54,508 nt of DNA from Candidatus Eiseniibacteriota bacterium (GTDB taxonomy: Bacteria; Eisenbacteria; RBG-16-71-46; CAZEPH01): NCBI GenBank assembly GCA_044229145.1, contig JBGATO010000021.1, positions 1 through 54,508 of the forward strand, given 5' to 3'. The stretch's first letter is position 1; the number at the start of each line of letters is the position of its first letter. Positions 9,176 to 19,170 of this stretch are shown piece by piece. Made by a program: the position numbers and the translations under genes. The notes beneath the pieces were generated by a model. It was not told the DNA's origin, made no database searches, and saw nothing but the letters and a program-made list of their open reading frames with translations.

Positions 9176-10654
9176 ATGTCGTCGCCCGTTCGCGTCCGCT
9201 TTGCGCCCAGTCCCACCGGCACGTTGCACGTCGGCAGCGCGCGCACCGCGCTGTTCAACTGGCTCTATGCCCGCCATCATGGCGGCACGCTGGTGCTGCG
9301 CATCGAGGACACCGACGCCGAACGCTCGACCGAGGAGTCGTACCGCGCCATCGTCGACGGCCTGCGCTGGCTCAACATCGATTGGGACGAAGGCCCGCTG
9401 AAGGGCGGCGACCACGGCCCGTACTTCCAGAGCGAGCGCGCCGCGCTCTACGACGCGGCGGTCGAGCAACTGCTCGCCGACGGTCACGCCTACCGCTGCT
9501 ACTGCTCGAAGGAGGAGTTGGAGGCGCGCCGCCAGGAGGCGATGAAGGCCAAGCAGCCGCCGAAGTACAACCGCGCCTGCGCCGACCTCACTAACGCGGA
9601 GCGCGCCGCGCGTGAAGCCGAGGGCCGCGTGCCGGCGATCCGCGTCCGCATCCCGGACGGCGTGACGACCTCGTGGGACGACATCGTCCACGGCACCATC
9701 GCCTTCGAGAACGACAACCTCGACGACTTCATCATCCGCCGCGCCGACGGCCACGCCATCTACAACCTCGCCGTGGTCATCGACGATGTCGGCATGCAGA
9801 TCACGCATGTGTTGCGCGGCGACGATCACATCTCGAACACGCCGAAGCAAATTGTGCTCTATCGCGCGCTCGGCCTCGAGCCGCCGCTGTTCGGCCACAT
9901 GCCGCTCATCCTCGGGCCGGACCGGCAGAAGCTCTCGAAGCGCCACGGTCCGGTGGGCGTCGAACTGTTCCGCGACGAAGGTTTCCTGCCCGAGGCGATG
10001 TTCAACTTCATCGCGCTGCTCGGCTGGTCGTTCGACGGCGAGCACGAGATCTTCTCGCAGGACGAACTCGCCCGCGTGTTCGACCCGGCGCGGATGTCCG
10101 ACACGCCGGCGGTGTTCGACCGCACCAAGCTCGAATGGATGAACGGCGAATACCTGCGCGCGTTGCCGGCGGCAGAGCGGGCGCGCCGCGTGCGGCCGGT
10201 GCTCGAGTCCGCGGGCCTCGCGCCGGCGAACGACGATGCCGGGAACGCGTATCTCGAGAAGGTCGTCGAGGTGGTGGGGGATCGCCTCAAGCTCACCTCG
10301 CACATCGTGACCTACGCCGACTGGGCGTTCGGTGACGCGGTGCAGTACGACGCGCCGTCGTACGCCAAGACGCTCGCGAAGCCGGAAGCGCGCGACGGTC
10401 TCGCCAAGTTCATCCCGGTGCTCGAGGCGGCGCCCGAGTGGACGCACGCGGCGCTCGAACCGATGGCGCGCGAGGCGATCACCGCGATGGGCTACAAGCT
10501 CGGCGACGTCTTGCAGCCGGCGCGCGTCGCGATCACCGGCCGCACGGTGAGCCCCGGCCTCTTCGAGATCATGGAACTGCTCGGCCGCGAACGGACGCTG
10601 GCGCGACTGCGCGCGGCGCTCACCGCCGAGGCGCCCGCGGTGACGGCGGGCTAG
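9176..10654 (+). CDS. gltX: Glutamate--tRNA ligase
   Basis: [14 protein letters not shown] (HIGH), [21 protein letters not shown] (KMSKS), anticodon-binding C-terminus. Confidence 0.97.
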   Translation: MSSPVRVRFAPSPTGTLHVGSARTALFNWLYARHHGGTLVLRIEDTDAERSTEESYRAIVDGLRWLNIDWDEGPLKGGDHGPYFQSERAALYDAAVEQLLADGHAYRCYCSKEELEARRQEAMKAKQPPKYNRACADLTNAERAAREAEGRVPAIRVRIPDGVTTSWDDIVHGTIAFENDNLDDFIIRRADGHAIYNLAVVIDDVGMQITHVLRGDDHISNTPKQIVLYRALGLEPPLFGHMPLILGPDRQKLSKRHGPVGVELFRDEGFLPEAMFNFIALLGWSFDGEHEIFSQDELARVFDPARMSDTPAVFDRTKLEWMNGEYLRALPAAERARRVRPVLESAGLAPANDDAGNAYLEKVVEVVGDRLKLTSHIVTYADWAFGDAVQYDAPSYAKTLAKPEARDGLAKFIPVLEAAPEWTHAALEPMAREAITAMGYKLGDVLQPARVAITGRTVSPGLFEIMELLGRERTLARLRAALTAEAPAVTAG

Positions 10655-10661
10655 CGCGGCG

Positions 10662-12476
<1,815 letters not shown>

Positions 12477-12484
12477 GGGCGGCG

Positions 12485-13103
12485 ATGGGCGACTGGGTTC
12501 TCGTCATTCCGTCACTGATCGTGCTGATCCTGAGCGTGATCGTCCACGAGTGCGCGCACGGCCTGGTGGCGCTCTGGCCTCAACCCGGTGCCGCACGTCG
12601 ACCCCATCGGGTCGATCATCCTGCCGGGCGCGCTGATGTTGCTGCGCACAGGATTCCTCTTCGGCTACGCCAAGCCGGTGCCGGTGCGCTTCGACCGCCT
12701 GCGGAATCCCCGGCGGGACGGCGCCCTGGTGGGTGTGGCGGGTCCGGCCTCCAACCTGCTCCTGGCGCTCGTGGCCGCCCTCGTCCTGCGCGCCGTGGCG
12801 ACCAGCGCCCACGGGCCGCTCGACGCCTGGGCGGTGGCGGTGGCCCGCATGGCGTATCTGTTCGTGACCACCAACGTCTGGCTGGCGCTGTTCAATCTGC
12901 TGCCGATTCCGCCGGCGGACGGGTCCCGTGTGGTGGAGTGGATCCTGCCGCCGCGACTGTCGGAGGCGTATAGTAGCATCGGCCGTTACGGCATGGTCCT
13001 CATGCTGGTGCTGGCCAGCACGCGCATGATCGGCCCGTTGCTCAGCGCTCCGTACGGAGCGGCGCTCGGCGTGCTCGAACGCGTCGCCGGTATCCCGCTG
13101 TAG
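12485..13103 (+). pseudogene. Site-2 protease (M50) family protein, frameshifted by an apparent small internal deletion at ~12578
   Basis: HECAH (HExxH) is in the 12485 frame. LNPVPHVDPIG, GYAKPVPV, AGPASN and NLLPIPPADG are in a second frame. The usual GDxTA..GRLT segment is missing. Could be an assembly error. Confidence 0.75.
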
Positions 13104-13182
13104 CCTCGCCGCCATCCTCGGTGCGCGCCCCGTCCGTGAGGGACACGGGTGCGCCGTCGTGCGTCGTTCCACAGGAGAATGC

Positions 13183-14247
13183 ATGGAGTCCACCGCTTCG
13201 CCGTCCCCGGCGCCTTCCACGCCCGCTCGCCGCCGCGTCCTGTCCGGCATGCGCCCCACCGGCCGCATGCACTTGGGCAATTGGGTCGGCGCGCTCGAGA
13301 ACTGGGTGCGCCTGCAGCGCGACGGCCGCTACGAGATGTTCTATATGATCGCCGACCTCCACGCCCTCACGACGGGCTACGAGGACACCTCCGGGATCGT
13401 GCCGTCGTTGCACGACATGGTGGTGGACTGGCTGGCCGCCGGCCTCGATCCGGCCGCGTGCCCGATCTTCCCGCAGTCGCGCATTCCGGAGCACGCGCAG
13501 CTGCACCTCATCTTCTCGATGTTGGTCAGCGTGCCGCGTCTCGAGCGCAACCCGACGCTGAAAGAGCAAGCGCGCGACCTCGACCTGTCGGAGAACATCT
13601 CCTACGGCTTCCTCGGCTATCCCGTGCTCCAGGCCGCCGACATCCTGCTCTACAAGGGCGATGCGGTGCCGGTGGGCGAGGATCAGGTGCCGCACGTCGA
13701 GATGACGCGCGAGATCGCGCGGCGCTTCAACAACCTGTATGGCGATGTCTTCCCGGAGCCGGATCCGCTGCTCACCGCGGTGCCGCGCCTGCCCGGCTTG
13801 GACGGCGCGATGAAGATGTCGAAGTCGGCGGGCAACACGCTGCTGCTCACCGAGGAACCGGACGACCTCAAGCAGAAGCTGCGCAAGGCCGTCACCGACA
13901 CGCTCAAGGTGCGCAAGGGCGATCCGGGGCGCCCCGAGGTGTGCGCGATCTACACCTACCAGACGACGTTCAACGCCGCGGCCAAGGACGAAATCGCCGA
14001 AGGCTGCCGCAGCGGCGCGCTCGGCTGCGTCGACTGCAAGAACCGCCTTGCCACCGTGATGCTCGACACCTTCGCGCCGATCCGCGAGAAGCGCGCCGAG
14101 TTGTTGCAGCGGCCGGACTACGTGCGCGATGTCGTCGACGATGGCGTGGCACGCGCGTCGGCCGTCGCCCAGCGCACGATGGGCGAGGTGTGGGAAGTGC
14201 TCCAGATGCCGCCTGCGGCATCGCTGCGCGGAGGGCTCGGCGGATGA
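13183..14247 (+). CDS. trpS: Tryptophan--tRNA ligase
   Basis: SGMRPTG..HLGN, ADLHALT, YPVLQAADIL, VPVGEDQ, KMSKS; RBS AGGAG. Confidence 0.97.
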   Translation: MESTASPSPAPSTPARRRVLSGMRPTGRMHLGNWVGALENWVRLQRDGRYEMFYMIADLHALTTGYEDTSGIVPSLHDMVVDWLAAGLDPAACPIFPQSRIPEHAQLHLIFSMLVSVPRLERNPTLKEQARDLDLSENISYGFLGYPVLQAADILLYKGDAVPVGEDQVPHVEMTREIARRFNNLYGDVFPEPDPLLTAVPRLPGLDGAMKMSKSAGNTLLLTEEPDDLKQKLRKAVTDTLKVRKGDPGRPEVCAIYTYQTTFNAAAKDEIAEGCRSGALGCVDCKNRLATVMLDTFAPIREKRAELLQRPDYVRDVVDDGVARASAVAQRTMGEVWEVLQMPPAASLRGGLGG

Positions 14248-15233
14248 GCGACACCACGCACGACAGCGGCGAGCACGGCGTGCCGTCGCCGGACGAACTC
14301 TTCCAGGAGCAGGTGATCCCGCATCCGCCGGACGTGCCGGAGGTGGACCTCGACGAGGTCAAGCGCACCAACGCGCAGATCGACAAGGTGGCCGCGGCGT
14401 TCGAGCATGCGGACGAGCCCGGCGGGGACGACGACGACGCACCGCTCGCCGCCGAGGACGAGGCCGCCGAGCCGCGCCCGACGCTGGTCCTGCACCTCGA
14501 TCGCTTCGAAGGCCCGCTCGACCTGCTGCTCCACCTCATCAAGCGCGACGAAGTCGACATCTACGACATTCCGGAGGAGGAAGAGGAAGACCCGCGCGAC
14601 CAGCTCGTGCAGCGTCTGCTCGAGTACCGCCAGTTCAAGGAGGCGGCGGAGTCGCTGCGCGGCCGCGAGGAGCGCCGCCGCGCGCTGGTTGCCCGCGGCT
14701 ACGTGCCGACGCCGGAAGGCGACGCGCAAGTCGAACTGGTGCCGGTGAGCCTCTTCAAGCTCCTCGACGTGGTGGCCGAAGTGCTGTCGCGCCGCCGCGA
14801 GGAGTTCTTCCACCGCGTCGAGCGCGAGCGTGTCTCGGTCGAGGAGACCATGAAGCGCCTGCTCGAGCGGGTGAAGCCGTCCGGCAAGGTGCTCTTCCGC
14901 AGCGTGCTCGAAGACTGCGAAGACCGCGTCGAGATGGTCACCGTGATCATCGGCATGCTCGAACTCGCGCGGCTCGGCGAGATCAAGATCGCCCAGGACG
15001 ATCTGTTCGGCGACATCTGGGTGTTCGATCCGGCCACGGCGGCGGTCGAACTCGACACCGGCCTCATCGAGGTCGCGGACGAGGAGGACACTTCCGACAC
15101 GCCGCTGCCGTCCGCGTACGCCTTCACCGCGGAAACCGCGGCCGCCGAACTCGCCCCGCCGGTCGCCGAGGATGGCGACGCGGACGACACCCCGCAGGCC
15201 GCTCCCGTCGCGAGCGGCGAGGAGACCGAGTAA
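14244..15233 (+). CDS. scpA: Segregation/condensation protein A (kleisin), with apparent in-frame internal deletion
   Basis: FEGPLDLLLHLI..DIYDIP, DPR..LVQRLLEY..FKEAA, MLELAR.GEI.I.Q..LFGDI; ATGA overlap with trpS. Confidence 0.9.
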   Translation: MSDTTHDSGEHGVPSPDELFQEQVIPHPPDVPEVDLDEVKRTNAQIDKVAAAFEHADEPGGDDDDAPLAAEDEAAEPRPTLVLHLDRFEGPLDLLLHLIKRDEVDIYDIPEEEEEDPRDQLVQRLLEYRQFKEAAESLRGREERRRALVARGYVPTPEGDAQVELVPVSLFKLLDVVAEVLSRRREEFFHRVERERVSVEETMKRLLERVKPSGKVLFRSVLEDCEDRVEMVTVIIGMLELARLGEIKIAQDDLFGDIWVFDPATAAVELDTGLIEVADEEDTSDTPLPSAYAFTAETAAAELAPPVAEDGDADDTPQAAPVASGEETE

Positions 15234-15236
15234 CCC

Positions 15237-16007
15237 ATGCGCCCCGATCCCGAGATTTTGCTCCCGACCCTCGAAGCCGTCCTCTTCGCCGCCGATCAGC
15301 CGGTGCCGGTGAAGACGCTCTGCGAACTGTTCGCCCCGATGAAGGACGACGAGATCGTCGACGGACTGCAGCGCTTGCAGGCGTCGTACGACGCCGATGG
15401 ACGCGGCGTGACGCTGGTGGACATCGCCGGCGGCTACCAGATCTTGACGCGCGAGCCGTTCGCGCCCTGGGTGGATCTGTTCCTGCGCGGCCGTCGCAAG
15501 GTGCGGCTGTCGCGCTCGGCGCTCGAGGCGCTCGGCATCATCGCCTACAAGCAGCCGGTGACGAAGGTCGAGATCGACGAAATCCGTGGTGTGGATTCGA
15601 GCGGCGTGGTGGCGACGTTGATGGAGCGCGGCTTGGTGTCGATCGCCGGACGCGCGGAAGGCGTCGGCCGGCCGCTGCTCTACGCCACGACGGGCGAGTT
15701 CCTCAGCTACTTCGGCCTCACCGCGATCGACGAACTGCCGCGGCTCTCCGAATTGACGCAACTGATGGAAACCGGCGTCGCGCAGCCGGACGCGGTCGAA
15801 GAGATGGCCACCGAACTTGCCGCGGCGGAAGACCGTGCGCTCGCCGAGGAAGCGCTCGACGGCGCCGAACACGGCGACGCGGACCCCGGCGATGACGCCG
15901 ACGCCGGCGACGTCACCGCTGCAGTCGGTGGAGACGCCGTTGCCGCGGACGACGAGGCGGTGCTCGCCCCCGCAGTCAGCGAATCGCAGGACGACGATGC
16001 CGAGTAA
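15237..16007 (+). CDS. scpB: Segregation/condensation protein B
   Basis: LEAVLFA, AGGYQ, LSRSALEAL.IIAYKQPVT..EIDEIRGV, GRPLLYATT.EFL.YFGL..IDELP. Confidence 0.95.
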   Translation: MRPDPEILLPTLEAVLFAADQPVPVKTLCELFAPMKDDEIVDGLQRLQASYDADGRGVTLVDIAGGYQILTREPFAPWVDLFLRGRRKVRLSRSALEALGIIAYKQPVTKVEIDEIRGVDSSGVVATLMERGLVSIAGRAEGVGRPLLYATTGEFLSYFGLTAIDELPRLSELTQLMETGVAQPDAVEEMATELAAAEDRALAEEALDGAEHGDADPGDDADAGDVTAAVGGDAVAADDEAVLAPAVSESQDDDAE

Positions 16008-17154
16008 GGTCGCCACACCCTCCGCTCCGGCGCCCGGCGCCGTGCGGTTGAATCGATTCCTCGCGGCGCACGGCGTGGCGTCGCGGCGCGCGTGTGACGC
16101 GATGATCCTCGCGGGACGCGTGACGCTCGACGGCGAAACGACGCGCGAGCCGTGGATCAGCGTGGTGCCCGGCGCGGTGGAGATCGCCGTCGATGGGCAT
16201 GTGCTCGAGAGCGCGGCGCCGGTGTACTTGATGCTCAACAAGCCGCCGGGCGTGGTCACCACCGCGCAGGACCCGATGGGCCGCCGCACGGTGGTGGACC
16301 TCATCGAACTGCCGCACCGCGTCTTTCCCATCGGCCGGCTCGACTTCGACACCGAAGGTCTGCTGCTGCTCACCAACGACGGCGAGCTGGCGTACCGGCT
16401 CATGCACCCGTCCTTCAAGGTGCCGAAGACCTACCACGCGCGGGTGGCCGGCATCCCGAGCCGCCATCAGCTCGAAGCGCTGGCGCGCGGGCCGATGCTC
16501 GAGGACGGTCCCACGCAGCCTGCCGAAGTCATGCTCGTCAAGACCGTGGGCAAGGAAGCCATCCTCGAGATCACCATCACCGAGGGCAAGAAGCGCCAAG
16601 TGCGCCGCATGTGTAAAGCGGTGGGGCATCCGGTGCTCGGACTCCAGCGGGTGAAGTACGGCGAGATCTCGCTGGGGCGCCTGACCATCGGTCGATGGCG
16701 GCGGCTCAATCCGAGCGAAGTGGATTCGCTGCGCCGCGCGGTCGGTTTGGCCGACGCGCCGCGGCATGGGCGGAGTGTGCTCGACTTGCAGAGTGGCAAT
16801 CCGCCGCGGCTCACCGAGGCTCCAGCGCGGCCGCCGGCGCCTGCTGCGAAGGCGGCGGGACGCGTGCTGAAGTCGGCGCGCCCAGCCGCGCCGCGTGCGC
16901 GTGCAAGCACACCTCCGACGCGGGGCGCCGCGACGCGCCCGCGAGCGGCGGCGGGAGAGCCGGATGTCGCCGCGCGTCCGGCGGCGCGCCGGCCGCGTGC
17001 TGCCGCGCCCTCCGCGCGGCCCGCGTCTCCGGCGGCGCGTCCGGCGTCGCGGACGGGAACGTCCGCTGCCCGCCCGGCATCGCGCGCCGGAGCGGTGGCG
17101 GATGCGCCGGCCGCCAAGCGCCGTCCCAGCGCGCCCCGGAAGACCTCGCGATGA
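15997..17154 (+). CDS. rluB: rRNA pseudouridine synthase (RluB/RsuA family) with Ala/Arg/Pro-rich C-terminal tail
   Basis: S4 domain RLNRFLA..GVASRR, NKPPG, GRLDFDTEGLLLLTNDG, EGKKRQVRRM; position after scpAB. Confidence 0.85.
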   Translation: MPSKVATPSAPAPGAVRLNRFLAAHGVASRRACDAMILAGRVTLDGETTREPWISVVPGAVEIAVDGHVLESAAPVYLMLNKPPGVVTTAQDPMGRRTVVDLIELPHRVFPIGRLDFDTEGLLLLTNDGELAYRLMHPSFKVPKTYHARVAGIPSRHQLEALARGPMLEDGPTQPAEVMLVKTVGKEAILEITITEGKKRQVRRMCKAVGHPVLGLQRVKYGEISLGRLTIGRWRRLNPSEVDSLRRAVGLADAPRHGRSVLDLQSGNPPRLTEAPARPPAPAAKAAGRVLKSARPAAPRARASTPPTRGAATRPRAAAGEPDVAARPAARRPRAAAPSARPASPAARPASRTGTSAARPASRAGAVADAPAAKRRPSAPRKTSR

Positions 17155-18248
17155 CCGCCGTCCCGGACGACGCGGTGCCGACGTCCGGACCCGACCTTGC
17201 CGCGTTGCGCGCGCGTATCGACGCGCTCGACGCCGAACTGGTGCGCGTGCTCGATGACCGCGCACGCGTTGCCGAGGCGATCGGTCACATCAAGCAGGGG
17301 AGCAACCAGCCGTTCTTCGCCCCGGCGCGCGAACGCGAGGTGATCGCGCGGGCGCGCGGCCTCTCGGACGGCACGTTCCCGCGCGCGGCGCTCGAAGTCG
17401 TGATGCGGGAAGTGATGTCGGCGTCACGCGCGCTCCTGGCGCCCACGCGGGTCGGAGTGCTCGGGGCGGCCGGGAGCTTCACGCACTTGGCGGCGCGGCT
17501 GCGCTTCGGGACCGCCTCCACGTACACGCCGCTGCTCAATCCGTCGGCCCTGCTCGCCGCGGTGGAAGACGGCTCGGTGGACTTCGGGGTCTTCTCGACG
17601 CACTCGTTGCCCGACGCGCCAACCTTCGACGCGCTCGATCTCTTCCTGTCGTCCGCCGTGCAGGTGTTCGGTGAGTTCGTGCTCGACCGCGGGCACTGCC
17701 TGGTGACGCGGGAGGACACCCGCGACGTCACCACCGTGTACGGGCACGCCGGGAGCTTTGCCCTCTGCCAGCGTTGGGTGGACGCACACCTGTCTGGCAC
17801 CCGTTTCGTGGCGGTGGCGTCCGGACTGGACGCCGCCGAACGGGCGCTCGCCGAGCCGGGCGCGGCGGCCCTCGGACTGGAGTTGCTGGCCGACTGCGAT
17901 GGCCTCGAGATTCGCGAGCGCGGTCTCGACGATGTCCAGCAACGGCGCCGCTTCCACCTGCTCTCGCTCCGCGACCCGGCCCGCGGGCCGCACGAGAAGA
18001 CGGCGCTGTTGTTCGCCCTGCGCTACGAGCCCGGCAGCCTTGCCCGGCTGTTGCTGGCGTTCGCGGATGCCGGATGCAACCTGGCGTGGATCGAGATCCG
18101 CACGAGTGTGAAGCATCCGTGGCAACACGTTTTCTTGATTGAAGTTGAAGGGCACAAATCCGATCCCGCCGTGGCGGGTGTGTTGCAGGAGCTGCCCGCC
18201 GGCGTCGAATACTGGCGCGTCCTCGGAAGTTACCCCGCCGACCTCTAG
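17151..18248 (+). CDS. pheA: Chorismate mutase/prephenate dehydratase-like protein (PDT motifs degenerate)
   Basis: AroQ domain LR..ID.LD..LV..L..R....IG..K...P.RE; PDT/ACT scaffold ending VLGSYP. Confidence 0.8.
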   Translation: MTAVPDDAVPTSGPDLAALRARIDALDAELVRVLDDRARVAEAIGHIKQGSNQPFFAPAREREVIARARGLSDGTFPRAALEVVMREVMSASRALLAPTRVGVLGAAGSFTHLAARLRFGTASTYTPLLNPSALLAAVEDGSVDFGVFSTHSLPDAPTFDALDLFLSSAVQVFGEFVLDRGHCLVTREDTRDVTTVYGHAGSFALCQRWVDAHLSGTRFVAVASGLDAAERALAEPGAAALGLELLADCDGLEIRERGLDDVQQRRRFHLLSLRDPARGPHEKTALLFALRYEPGSLARLLLAFADAGCNLAWIEIRTSVKHPWQHVFLIEVEGHKSDPAVAGVLQELPAGVEYWRVLGSYPADL

Positions 18249-18336
18249 GCGCCTCCCGGCGCCGACGCGCTGCGCGAAGCTGCCCACTGCGCGCTGCCAC
18301 CTAGGGCGTACAGCGCTGGCGAATCACGCCTTGCGA

Positions 18337-18363
18337 TGCAGCGGCGCAGCCCTCCGCCGATAA
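18337..18363 (+). promoter_or_regulatory. Putative sigma28 (FliA) promoter of chemosensory operon
   Basis: Perfect -10 GCCGATAA (18356-18363) with TGCA 15 nt upstream (consensus TAAA-N15-GCCGATAA). Confidence 0.55.
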
Positions 18364-18477
18364 ACGACTGTGTTACGGGCATCCCGCGAACCCTCTACGT
18401 GGAAGCCCCAGTGCCATGCAGAGCCCGGGCTCGGCATCGGCGTGCCCTCAGGGACTGACCTCAGGCAGGGACAGGCG

Positions 18478-18795
18478 ATGACGTCAGACGCACAAGACTG
18501 CGTCCTTCCAGACGAGTGTGACGTCCGGACATCCGCGGCAATTCGCGAACTGCTTTCCGCTGCGCTCGACACGCATGGGGCGATACGCCTCGATGCCAGC
18601 GCGGTGACCCGCGTCGACACGAGCGCGGTGCAAGTCTTGGCCGCCTTCACCCGCGACGCGCGCGCAGCCGGCACCGAGGTGACGTGGACCGCCGTGTCCG
18701 CGCCGTTCGTCCACGCCGCCACGCTTCTCGGCGCGTCGTCGCTCCTCGGATTGCCGGGCGACGTGCCGTTCGTACCGAACCTCAGCGGAGAGTAA
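18478..18795 (+). CDS. STAS domain protein
   Basis: IRLDASAVTRVDTSAVQVL motif; typical position upstream of cheY. Confidence 0.85.
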   Translation: MTSDAQDCVLPDECDVRTSAAIRELLSAALDTHGAIRLDASAVTRVDTSAVQVLAAFTRDARAAGTEVTWTAVSAPFVHAATLLGASSLLGLPGDVPFVPNLSGE

Positions 18796-18801
18796 TGCCC
18801 G

Positions 18802-19164
18802 ATGCACAAGATCCTCGCGGCAGATGACTCGCCTTCGATCCGGCGCATGGTCGCGCTGACCCTGGCCGAGGCGGGCTATCAAGTGCAGGAAGCCAGCGAT
18901 GGCGCCGAGGCGCTGAAGATGGCGAGAGGCACGCGCTACAACCTCGTGATCACCGACGTGAACATGCCCAACATGGACGGGCTCACGTTGATCAAGGAAC
19001 TGCGCGCGCTGCCGGACTACAAGTTCACGCCGCTGCTCATGCTGACCACCGAGCAGTCGCCGGAGAAGAAGCAACAGGGACGTGCCGCCGGCGCCACCGG
19101 ATGGATGGTGAAGCCCTTCGACCCGACTCAGTTGCTCGCGACCGTGGCCAAAGTCCTCGGGTAG
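18802..19164 (+). CDS. cheY: Chemotaxis response regulator
   Basis: Stand-alone receiver: ADD, ITDVNMP.MDG, MLTTE, GATGW.VKPF. Confidence 0.92.
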   Translation: MHKILAADDSPSIRRMVALTLAEAGYQVQEASDGAEALKMARGTRYNLVITDVNMPNMDGLTLIKELRALPDYKFTPLLMLTTEQSPEKKQQGRAAGATGWMVKPFDPTQLLATVAKVLG

Positions 19165-19170
19165 GAGCCC

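Noticed and set aside
13123..13154. Hairpin upstream of trpS as a possible T-box or attenuator
   Set aside because: The intergenic region is only ~80 nt, with no T-box consensus or Trp leader peptide.
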